Source of the DNA: the human T2T-CHM13v2.0 reference genome, Homo sapiens
Direction: 5' to 3' (one strand)
DNA length: 64,000 nt
NCBI RefSeq assembly: GCF_009914755.1
Contig: NC_060944.1
Both the position numbers and the translations under genes were made by a program. The notes under the pieces are model-generated. The model had not been told where the DNA came from, made no database searches, and saw nothing but the letters and a program-made list of their open reading frames with translations. Positions 26,662 to 64,000 of this stretch are shown here, piece by piece; positions within the stretch are counted from its first letter, which is position 1; every line of letters begins with the position of its first letter.

Positions 26662-26771
26662 AAAATAATGTATGAATTCCATGAAAGCAAAGCAGAAGCT
26701 TTAAAAAATCTATTAGGAGCAGAAAGCACAATGCCCAAAAGGAAAAATGAGAAGAACTTAAAGGACTTTAC

Positions 26772-26879
26772 CCATTTACTGTATTTCAAAGGTCCCGTGA
26801 ATCCCATGGCTTCTATTATCTTTGTGAAAGCACCAACCTTCTCCTCAACAGGCTGTGGGGAATCTTTGGTAGTAGAAAG
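26772..26879 (-). CDS. UQCC1: UQCC1 exon 4 (LSTTKDSP...KYSKW, 108 nt, phase 0-0)
   Basis: Acceptor ...ttttggttaatcag, donor TGG|gtaaag; contained in ORF-track entry 26643..26918. Confidence 0.96.
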
Positions 26880-26963
26880 CTGATTAACCAAAAAGAAAAA
26901 AACTAAAATTAGTTGCAAAAAATTTTTAATAGAATGCTTTGTTCCTCATCAGGTCTGAGAGCA

Positions 26964-30670
<3,707 letters not shown>

Positions 30671-31846
30671 TGGGATTTTTTTTTTTTTAAATAGACTTTT
30701 TTTTTTTTTTTTAACAGCAGTTTTAGGCTCATAGCAAAACTTCCTGGAAAGGGCAGAGTTCCCACATACCCCTTCCCCCACATGCACAGCCTCCCCCGCC
30801 ATCAACATCCCATACCAGAGTGGTGCATTTGATACAAAGAACAAACCTACACTGACACATCATCATCACTCAGACTGCACGGTTTACTCAGAGATTATTA
30901 TTATTGTTAACAACATGAAAAATGTTAAATGCTTATAATATGTATAAAATTATAGGTAAAACATGACTGCGTAGACTGCATATGGGCAAGTTTAGAAAGA
31001 ACACACAAGAAACCAAAGAGTTATTTTGTTAAGTTAGAATTATGGATAAATTTAAGAATCTATAGCCAAAATAATTCTGGCAAAAAAAAAAAAATCTAGC
31101 TTCCAAACTCTCACTAATGCTATATTACCTTTACAATAAAAAAGGGTGAGAGGGAGCAGGAAGAGGGCTGACTCTTCAATTCTGGTTTATTCCAAGAAGA
31201 AATGGAACACAAGGAATGAAAATGATTTTTTTTCTTTAACCCTAACGAAGAAAAAATAGAATTTCTAATTGTGGAATGTTACTATTTACTTTTCTTTCCA
31301 AACGAGGATATTAAAAAATTAGTCAGGATTCTTCTGGTCAGTCCCAAGGACACTTAGGCTTTAATTCATAAGTATCAAGCAGGCTTTGTAAAACACAGAC
31401 TAAACACAGAACACCTCCCCATTACATCACATACATCAATGCAATGGTCCACCTAAAACACAAAGCACTTAAACTGGTTCAAAGAACACAGCCAACAGCA
31501 GTTTCCACAAGCTGTGCTTTGGGCTGGGTCCTCTTCTATTAGGTTCTATTAGATCCTTCTTTTTCCTCACAGCTCTAGGAGTAACCAGTAGATTCCTTCT
31601 GTGGCTGTCCTACCATCTACTGTATTTCTATCCTACCATTAGCTAACATTTCACACTATATTGAACTACTAAAGTACCTATGTATCTAGTATCAAGGACA
31701 TCTAGTTTCTCCACACCTACACACTTATAAACACACACATTTACTTTTTTGTACTACCCACTCTTGTCCTTGCACTTCCCGCAAAAAATTCACTCGACCC
31801 TTAAAGACCTCAATTTTTCCTTTGCTTAGATTAGAAAATATCAATA

Positions 31847-33438
<1,592 letters not shown>

Positions 33439-33559
33439 TATTTTTTCCTGTTTTAGAAATTAGAACACAAAGGCTCAAAGAAGTAAAGTTCATTAAAGAC
33501 TAGGATATATACTCAAAGCTATGTTCTGTCCCCTATATCAAGCTGCCTTCAAAAGTCTG

Positions 33560-36790
<3,231 letters not shown>

Positions 36791-37097
36791 AAGTAGACAG
36801 AACTTCAAGAGGCTAATTAAGACAAAGCTGAAAGTATGTCTCTAGCTCTTTGAAAACAATAATAGGATTACAGCACTGGACATTACCTTACAGATACCTG
36901 ATACTACCACTCATCGAAGGAAGGATTCCTTTATGTCAGGCCCTTGACATACATTCATCCTACCACTGCCTGAATATTTCCAGTAAGAGTAAATTTACTA
37001 TGTGAAAACGCAGCTCACACATCCCATTATGCACAATTCTAATTAACAAAACTCTTTCTCATTCTGAGCCAAATCTTCCTCCCTGTGAGACATGTAC

Positions 37098-37139
37098 CTG
37101 AGGATGCCATTCTGAAGCAGAAGTTTCCAACCAGGGGAC
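37098..37139 (-). CDS. UQCC1: Candidate alternative 42-nt cassette exon of UQCC1 (VPWLETSASEWHPQ)
   Basis: tcttcctatctttgag|GTCCCC...CCTCAG|gtacat; 14 codons, no stop, phase 0-0 like the flanking exons. Confidence 0.55.
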
Positions 37140-38330
37140 CTCAAAGATAGGAAGATACTCCAGTAAGTTACAGTCGATACGACAAAAGGTCCAGTTGATT
37201 TACAATGACTAAAATTACATCTGGTCAGCATGAGATAAACCACCCTCAGTTATTTACATAAATGCTTTGCTATAATGTTGTCCCAGAGCCTAATACAGTA
37301 CCCGGTACTTATTAGGTGCTCAAGAAACGTTTACTGACCCAAAGAGTAGGGCACAAGTCAGAGATTCATATAATGAGTTATTTTCCCCTACCATCTACAC
37401 ACATACAAATAACAAATACTATTAAAAATTTGTACAAAAAGTAACAGAACACAGCCCAAGCTCTGAAAAGAAATACCTGCATAACTACCCAAAGTAGACG
37501 CCTCTTCTGCACAGGCATATTCTCCATTCATTCAACATATACTTAGTGACTACTCTGTGCCAGGCATAGTGAAAAGACCAGGAAATACAAGAAAAAAGCA
37601 AGATGTCCTCAGAAGGGCAGGGCTTACACATTAATTGGAGGGAATTTTTAAGTAGATTATATATGTTACATAAATTATATAATATATATAATTACATATA
37701 GCAAACATATTTTTAATTGCATCGAATACGAAAAAGAAAGTTAATGACTACAGATAAAAATCATAAATTGGTAAGAAAAATGAGTTCCCAATAGATGAAT
37801 GGAGAAATGCCATAAGCATACAATTTTCACAAACTGAAAAACAACTGATCAATACAGAAAAAATACATAACCCTGAGAGCTAAACAAAGAAATACAAGGT
37901 AAAACAAGGTAACATTTCCTACCCAATTTATTTAAGTTAAAAAAAACTCAACTTGAGAGAGGTAATAATGAAAAACTACTTATACATACATTGCTGGTGG
38001 CAGCATAAATTAAAACAACCTTTTGAAGAGGCAAACTGTTCATACTCTGACCCAAGGTATGCCTTCCTAGGAATTATTAATAAGTAATTAAAAGTAAGAA
38101 AAAATATGTGCTAAGACAATGGTAAGAAAATTAAAGCTTATAATGGCAAAAAAAAGGAAATGATTTTCATATCAAAGGCTAAGTAAATAAAATATTATAT
38201 GGTCATTAAATTTTTAATTACAAAGTCTATCAAAACAATATGAATAATGTCCACTCTAATAAGTGAAAAGGTACCAGAATATAAACTTCTGTGGACATTT
38301 GTTAGGGTACTTCAGGAATAACATTACATA

Positions 38331-38388
38331 TACATACACACACACACACACACAAACACACACAAACACACACACACACACACACACA
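38331..38388. repeat. Interrupted (CA)n microsatellite
   Basis: ~28 CA units with two CAAA interruptions. Confidence 0.95.
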
Positions 38389-38945
38389 GGCTGAAAAAGA
38401 ACCAGCAGAGATAAAATACTGACGTTTTCAGATTTGAAGTCATAGATGATTTATTTCCCTTATTACTAAATTATTTGTATTATTAACAAAAATCAGGAGG
38501 GACACAAGGTCCAAGGTAAACTACATTATAATGATTAGGTGGTCAATGGTAAATGAATACCTCAAATAATTGTTTCTTGGATTTTATATTCATATAAAGG
38601 AAAAAGAAATAATTATCACGCCCAAATAAAAGTAGCACAAGATGGCCACAAAAAGAAAATTGAAAAAGGTTAACTCGGAGATGAATATCTGGAAAAATTC
38701 CCTAACAGTAAAAATCATCAGACTGTAGCATGGTATCCTAGGCTAAGTTCCACTGCTAGGGTATTTAGAAGCAACGCCCTAGACACCATACTTTAGGAAT
38801 CAGTCCTAAGTTGGCACCACAGAGACCCAGAGTGGTCTCATGAGGTTTTTCCATCACACAATTTGGTTGGCTAATCTATAAATACATGACATTTGCACAT
38901 AAACACTAAGGTTTTCATACTAAGCAAAAGAACAACAAATCTTAC

Positions 38946-39050
38946 CTGGGAAGTGCGAGACAGAGCCCTGTCCCCCTGTCCTTGGGTAGGAGACACAGGT
39001 ATCAATCGGCTGCATACTGGAACCCACTGAGAAATGCTAGTCTGGTTCCT
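38946..39050 (-). CDS. UQCC1: UQCC1 exon 2 (RNQTS...SRTSQ, 105 nt, phase 0-0)
   Basis: Acceptor ttttctttctttag, donor CAG|gtaag, open frame. Confidence 0.96.
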
Positions 39051-39121
39051 CTAAAGAAAGAAAATAATAATCTGTCAGGAATCTAAATCATACTCCCTAC
39101 ATGGAAGGCAAAGAGTGTACC

Positions 39122-40570
39122 TGTGATACTGTAATATAATTAGAAATATATATTTGGCCTTCATCTCTAGTTCCTGGCACAGAGCTCCTAAAACCCTTGG
39201 AATTTCTGAGTGAGGGGGGTGTCTGTAACTCATAATAAGCCCCTTTCAACCATACCTGAGTTTATGCTAATGAGGTGATTCATGCAGGATGGAGGCTGGT
39301 TGCCAGAGAAACCTACCACAGGAGTAGAGGGTTGGAACTCAGCCCCAACTCCTCAAGGCATCCCCACCTCCAGGAGAGGAGAGGGATTAGAGACTGAGCC
39401 AATCACTGGTACCCAGTGATTTAATCAATCATGCCAACAATAAGCCTCCACAAAAATTCTAAATGACAGAGTTCAGAGAACTTCCAGTAAAGATGAAAAA
39501 CTCTTTTTTCTATACTCAACACTCCACTTCTGATACCAAATGTGCAGGGGCAAGGGGTCTCCATACCAAGCAATTCTCTAGTTCTCTGCAGACACCAACT
39601 GGGTGTCCTACAATTTAACTTAATTCTTAAACTAACTGCCTGGAGTTAGCAGAGACCTCACAGCACCATCCAACAGGACTGTCCCCCACTTCAGACTCCC
39701 ATCACAAGTAGTGGGTCCCCAGGTTACTCACACTTTTGTCCAACTTGTCCATACATTGGGGGTTCCCACAGCTGCCTCCTCAGATTCAATAATTTGCTAG
39801 CATGGCTCAACTCGGGGAGGCACTTCACTTACTTTTATCAGTTTATTATAAGGGATACACCTCAGGAACAGCCAAATGGAAGCGATGCAAAAGACAAGGT
39901 ACGGGGTGGGAGCTTGCTCTCCGGGTGTGCCACCCTCCCTACACTTTGATGTGTTTACTAACCTAGAAGCTCTCCAAACCCAGGGATTTCTATGGAGGCT
40001 TCATTACGTAGACATGATTGATTATCACTGATCACTGGTGATCAGCTCAATCTCCAGCCCCTCTCCCCTTCCAAAAGTCAGGGAGGAGTGGGAGAAGCTA
40101 CAAGTTCCAACCTTCTACACACATATTTGTTCCTCTAGCAACCAGCCTCTACCCTCCAAGAGTCACCTTATTAACATAAACTCACTGCCGGTCATAGCAG
40201 CTCATGCCTTCACTCCTATTATCTCAGCACTTTTGAGAGGCTGAAGCAGGATTACTTGAAGCCAGGAGGTCGAAACCAGCCTGGGCAACAAAGCGAGACC
40301 CCCAGCTATACAAAAAAAAACCCATAAACTCATGTATGGTTGAAAGGGGCTTATTATAAATAAAAAAAAAAAAAACCATTCCTCTCACCCCAATCACTCT
40401 GCAAGGGTTTCAAGAGCTCTGTGCCAGGAACCAGGGATAAAGACCAAATATATATTTCTTCTCTCACAATATCATATCTGGGTTGCAGCCACAGGCCAGG
40501 AGGGTGGCACACTCTAATTCCACAGGGACAGAAGCGACTACACTCAGGACCATTCCAGATCTGGCCTTTA
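39122..40570 (+). mobile_element. MER21-like LTR (plus strand) interrupted by a second, inverted MER21-like LTR
   Basis: Starts tgtgatactgtaatataa..agaaatatatatttgg..gttcctggcacagagctcctaaaacccttgg; resumes after ~40476. Confidence 0.7.
39487..40475 (-). mobile_element. Inverted MER21-like LTR nested in the former, itself holding an Alu monomer (~40187-40320)
   Basis: 40381-40470 is the reverse complement of 39125-39210 at roughly 85% identity by eye; the Alu monomer is flanked by the repeat cataaactca. Confidence 0.7.
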
Positions 40571-40804
40571 GTACCTAAGTTTAAAAATCCTGCCAGAATG
40601 GGGTATCACATGAATGAAGAACTTCCAAAATGGGACCAAGACCAAGCCTCCACATGCTCATTTCTCCAAGGATAAGATAAACCACTGCCTACTACTGATT
40701 CCACAGACTAAAATAATTCTGGTAATAGGTGACTCAAGCAGTGGGCACGGGCTCCCTCTGGGAAGAGAAACAAAATAAGCAGACTTCTGGCATTTTATGA
40801 TTAG

Positions 40805-41330
<526 letters not shown>

Positions 41331-41831
41331 TACAATGTGTTTTCATAAACACTGACTTACTTACCTGATCTTCATAGAATCCCTTTATAGTAAGCAATGC
41401 TGAGATCATCATCATCCCCAAAAGGAGGAGGAAACTAGGGTAGAAGTTTTGCAGTGGGAAAACACACGTGGGCAACTTGATTTCCAAGACAAGAGAGATT
41501 AAATGGCTGTTCAAGCTAAAACTGAGATTCACGTTTTCCCTCTAACATGAAGCTCACTTCAGAAAGGTCTCTTGGCCAAAGTGAGAGGCTAGGCTGGAGA
41601 AAGGGATAGCTCTCTCTTGCTAAATAAGAAGTCTGCTTTATTTTATGAACCTGAAATACATTCCACTGTATAAATGATAGCCATGTACACAGCACTGGAA
41701 ATCTTAATTTTAGGAACCAACTCTAGGGATCTGAGGGTTTTCTTCACTTGACCTGTAGACCTTATAGGGCCATAATGAGGACCAGATACATAAATTGCTT
41801 GAAAATCCTTTGCCAAGCATAATGTATAACA

Positions 41832-42670
<839 letters not shown>

Positions 42671-44427
42671 ACTAGGAGTCAAAGATTCTAGTTTAAATTC
42701 AGCTACTCTAACATTATCTTTACAAGTAATTTAACCTCTGTGACATTCAGTTTCCTGATAGCAATTATGAGGAACACTTAATGAGCATTTGATGGCAGGC
42801 ACTTTTCTGGTACTTTACATATATGAACTCATTTAAACTTCACAATCACCACTCATGTAGGTATATCATTATCCCATTTACACAAAAAAGGAAACTGAGG
42901 CATGGAGAGGATAAGCAACCTCCCAATGTCACATAGTTCTAACAGCAGGATTAAGATATGAACCCAGACAACCCAACTCTAGAATCCTTGCTCATTTATG
43001 GGATGAAAGGGTAGAGTATCTGCAAGGTACCTTCTAGCTCTAACACTATATGACCTGGTCTGGAACCAATTAAAACAGCATATTGTGGAAAGTGCCACAT
43101 AACTAAAGGCAGGAAGTACTGTTCAGAAGCTACATATTAGATAATCACCTCTGTGAGCCTTGGTTGTCTCTTTTTATCAAAAATAAAGACAAAATCCCCA
43201 CTTCTCAGGATTTTCTTTAAAATTAACAAATGTACCTTGCAGTATGTTCAGCACAATATTAAGTTGAATCTGAATCTCCATTTCCTCGAGTAGAAACAGG
43301 TTGAGGTGGGGTGGAGAAAGGCATCAAATTTTTAAACCTACAGATGCTTTCTAAAGTGTCTCACAGTTCTAAAATTGTATAATTGCCACTTACAGCACCT
43401 TAAATTTCAAATGAAAAGTGGAGCTAAAAATATTTTATTTGAGCTGTGGTTGGATCAGTTGAAATGGTTTTCCAAGTGAGAGACAGTTACTGGTGTTTTG
43501 TTTTACAAACACTGACAGATTTACCAGAAACATTCAATGTCAGATGTTCCTGTACTAAAAATGTTAACTATGGGATAAGAGGAAACTGCTTCAGATTCAG
43601 GGTCAAAGGTGGGGGGCGGGGGGCGGTGCAGGGGGAGCAAGAGGAAATTACAAGTTGAAACAATGCAAACTTTTGGAAGATTTTCTGAAGAATTTCATCA
43701 TGTAATTTCCAATGTCAACAAAACTTTTCTCTGTAATTTTGGCTCCGGTTGGTCTTAGGCCAATACTTTTAAATCAGTTCTTATTAGAAGAAAGGAACAA
43801 TCAGCTGTTCTTTCCTTCGCCAATCCTACAACAATTCTTGTCCAAATCCTTAATTGAAACCACTGAAGTGTAACAGAAAGGGTAATCCCAAGTCTGCCAT
43901 CAAATAGCTGTGAACTGGTTACTCAACAATCTGGGCCTCCATTTTCCCTTATGAAAAATGGGAATAATAAAAGCTATCTCACAGGAGTGTTCCCAGGAAC
44001 ATTCCTAAAAGCACTTTGATAACAGAAAAACACAACTAAAGGCATCACTGTTATGAACAACTGTTACCGAATTATACAAGCCCTGCTTTCCCCAGCAAAC
44101 TGCCAGAGAAGCAAAAACTGTTTTCTTAAAATATTGTTTGGAATCTGGCATTTATTCCCTTTCTCAAAAGCTTGCAGTGGTTTCCAAGGACCTCTTTATT
44201 GAAACTTAAACACCTGGTCCTTACTGGTCTTTACCAACTGGACCCCTCTAAACTCATAATACTTACTGTGTTTTCCACTCAACAGTTTCAACACCTGACT
44301 CAGATTCTCTGGTTTGGGAATCACTGCTTCACTCCACACATGCTAATTCCCTTGTAGTAATTTTTTGGGACTCTCCTCTTCACTCCAACCCAAACTATAA
44401 GCTCAATTGCTTCAAGAAATCTCTCTA

Positions 44428-48051
<3,624 letters not shown>

Positions 48052-48392
48052 TCAGGTTTCTATCAGAGAAAGGAGTTAACAAATATGGCAAGGCAAAAGA
48101 GTAGAACAAACCCTGTGGTATTAGAATAGATTAGAATAACTGGTGTGGGCTTTTAATATATAAAGAAAAAGATATATGCATGTTTATGTGTATATATAGA
48201 CATATATATATTTCCTACCCACGTCCTGGTAGGGCCTGCAGATGACACTCCAGTAGCAATAAGCACATGTAGCACCCAGATGTGGTTTCTAAATAGCAAC
48301 AACCACTAAAGGAACTAGTCTCCTCAGGAGACAAGTTGACTCCAGAATGGGGATGATGTTCATCAAAGCCTTACAAAGAACTGGCATTATTC

Positions 48393-49549
<1,157 letters not shown>

Positions 49550-49569
49550 AAAGAACTGGCATTATTCAA

Positions 49570-54380
<4,811 letters not shown>

Positions 54381-54638
54381 TTTAATTTTCTAAAGTACAG
54401 GGTGGCTTTCTGCAATTTTTACTATTTCCAAAGAAAAGCAGAAATGATCAGCAATGCCCAGGACAACTCATAAAAACCATAAGCATGTCCAGTTCCACTG
54501 ATCAAATGTCCAGGCTCTCTGCTGTAGTCATTCAACAATAGCAGTGTTTTAGTTTCCTCCTCCTTCCCAAAACCATCACTGGAGAAGGGAAAATATTGGC
54601 TGACAAGACAAAAAGAGGAAAAAATAAAGCAAGACTAA

Positions 54639-55593
<955 letters not shown>

Positions 55594-56599
55594 AAAACCC
55601 TAAAGGGTGGCAGGGGAAGGATTAAAAAAAAAAAAAAAAAAAAAACCACTAAATTCAGAACATTCTAATTGCCATTTCCCCAGCAGTCCTCATTTCTGAA
55701 TCAATTTCTGGCCTGAAATCAAACAATCACTTCACCAGGTGAATCTTTCTGGCAGTTACAGGGGCTACTCTACAAATAAATATTTACTGAACAGCAGTCG
55801 AGGGTACCTCACTCTGCTAGGCTGGCAAGGAATACAAGAAGTAAAACTGTCGTCCTTGTAAGACATATATAAAAAGATCAAAAACACAAATGTAAAATAA
55901 CAATTCAGAAGTTACCTAGACACAGGAATAGACCATGTCTACTATGAAAAACAGTGTCTTTGACCCAGTTTTTGAAGACTCGCTAAAACTATACACTCTC
56001 CCATCCCTCCATGATTAAAAACTAAGCTCTGTATCCTAACGTTTTTTCTGCTGCCACTTTCTTTTCTCCTTTAATTGCTAGAGAAAAGAGTATGCTAGAA
56101 GGGTCAGGACTAAATCTCAAGAGGTGCAGTAGTTTCACACACGGGTGCTAAAGAGTCTGGTAGTCTTTCCTTACTTCATTCATTTATTCAACAAGTAATC
56201 ATTTAACACCTATGATGTGCCAGACACCATGCTAGGCAAAGTGAAAACGACGGAGACAGACATGACTCCAATTCTCACGCAGCTTTCAATCTAATAATCT
56301 ATATTCCACTTAACTGTACAGTTAAGAACTGGCTTATTACCTATGAAAGAAACCCTGAGAATCTCAGAATCTAAAGGGACTGCAGGAGATAAATGTCCTC
56401 GTTTTTCACATAGGGTCAATGAGGCCCAAAAGTGACTTGCTTAAAGTCACTATGCATCAGTGACAGTCAGGGACTAGAACCCAGGCCTCCTGAAACTCCA
56501 ATCAGTGTCCTACATGCTCCTCTCCCTGAGGGGAAGCAGGTACATGGGGGAGGGAAGGAAAAGTAAACCCCATCAAATAAAGGCCAGATGTCAGTCTTC

Positions 56600-57070
56600 C
56601 CCTTCTCGAAAGATGGGGGAGCTAAGGTCAAAACGGGGTAGGAAGAGGTCGGAAGCTGCCTCAGTTTCCCCACGGAAAAGCGGCCACTCAGCCTAGCTAT
56701 AACACAGGCTTCCCTCCTGCGATTCCTTCCAATTCCTCCCGCCCTGCCTTGTCGAACTCCAACCCGGGACCCAGAGAGCTACCGTAGAAAATTACTCCTT
56801 CACTCACAAGGACTCGCACCAGCAACGCCATGTTCCTCAATAACCATTTCCGGGTGAAGAGTGAGTTTCCGGTGTCCCCTTTTCTACGTCCTCCTTTTGC
56901 CGGCGAAAGACTGGCAAGGGGGGCGCAGGCGCAAAGAGGTCGCTACGCGCACGCGCTGTTGTTTTCTCGGCTGTGCACCAGGCTGTCGTGCCCGGGCACG
57001 CTCTCCCTGCTGTCTCCCCCACTACACGTAACAGTGGTTCAAATCCTTCCCCCACGCCTGTCTCCTTGAC
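56600..57070 (-). promoter_or_regulatory. UQCC1 CpG-rich TATA-less promoter with NRF1, ETS/GABP and YY1-like motifs
   Basis: Only CpG-dense non-Alu segment in the window. GCGCAGGCGCA (56923-56933) and GCGCACGCGC (56947-56956) fit NRF1. CCGGAAAT (56846-56853, minus) and ACCGGAAAC (56865-56873, minus) fit ETS. CGCCATGTT over the ATG fits YY1. Confidence 0.85.
56808..56831 (-). CDS. UQCC1: UQCC1 coding exon 1 (MALLVRVL)
   Basis: Minus strand reads ATG GCG TTG CTG GTG CGA GTC CTT followed by donor gtgagtg; lies in a CpG-rich region. Confidence 0.96.
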
Positions 57071-57181
57071 CCCAGACCTCGGGGCTTCTCATATCCCTCT
57101 CTTTATTCCCCACCTAACCCAGCCTCACTCCTCAGCCCCTCCTTCCCAAACTCCACCCCAACACTTTTCAATGGAGGTTGA

Positions 57182-58007
<826 letters not shown>

Positions 58008-58409
58008 GAGTATACAGGAGAATCAATCAAAGAGGCAAGGAGCTTCTTGAGGAAAGTGGCAGAGAACGGCCTTGGTAGAAGACTCCTCTTCCATTACATC
58101 CCAAGAGAAGAGAAGACAAAGTATTGGTGCTTTGGGGGTTGAGGGAGCAGAGGGGCAGGATGTTGAAGGACTTCTTTCATTTCATTCAGTCAACAAAGAC
58201 CTATTGAGTCTTCCCTATGTGCTGAACACAAGACATACTGGCTTCATGGAGTTCTTAGACTGGTGGGGGAGGCATAGGAACCCAGTGAAAAAAATTAAAA
58301 CTGGGGAGCTACTTTAGTTAGGTTGGTAAGGCCTCTCCAAGAAAGTGACATGTAAGATGAAATCTAAAGGAAGAAGAGGAGCTAGTCATGGGAAATAACT
58401 TCACTCGAC

Positions 58410-61645
<3,236 letters not shown>

Positions 61646-61740
61646 ATGCTATTCTATCAGCAAATGTTGGGAAGTGGGAGAGGGACAGAAGATTTCAGAA
61701 CAAGAGTCTTGAGGTGGGGAAAAAAAACAGTACATTTTAA

Positions 61741-64000
<2,260 letters not shown>

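Noticed and set aside
26643-26918. 91-aa ORF as a standalone gene
   Set aside because: Only 26772-26879 is coding (UQCC1 exon 4); the rest is intron read-through.

Overview
Human (or very close great-ape) genomic DNA, dense in Alu and L1 repeats. It carries the 5' part of UQCC1 (C20orf44, a complex III assembly factor, chr20q11) on the minus strand: the CpG-rich promoter at ~56.6-57.1 kb and coding exons 1-6 (56831-56808, 39050-38946, 28987-28892, 26879-26772, 19113-19041, 11475-11418). All have GT-AG boundaries and splice into MALLVRVLRNQTS...FLITLLHVW. The remaining exons lie beyond the left edge. From recalled knowledge, GDF5 lies just beyond the right edge and its growth-plate enhancer GROW1 falls in intron 6 (~9.7 kb). 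This haplotype appears to carry the derived alleles (Gln51, and AGATTA rather than GGATTA at the GROW1 PITX-type site). Almost all ORFs in the supplied track are Alu/L1 artefacts. I see no convincing wholly new biological system. The best leads are a tailless 7SK retrocopy in sense orientation with intact HEXIM-binding GAUC motifs 110 nt after exon 4, an in-frame 42-nt cassette exon in intron 2, and a TISU/YY1-like start codon overlapped by a uORF whose stop is created by splicing. Further leads are an inverted LTR-in-LTR hairpin next to the exon 2 acceptor, an L1 with a 14-nt 3' transduction, and an L1-retroposed polyadenylated LTR end. Repeat family names and boundaries were assigned by eye and are approximate.
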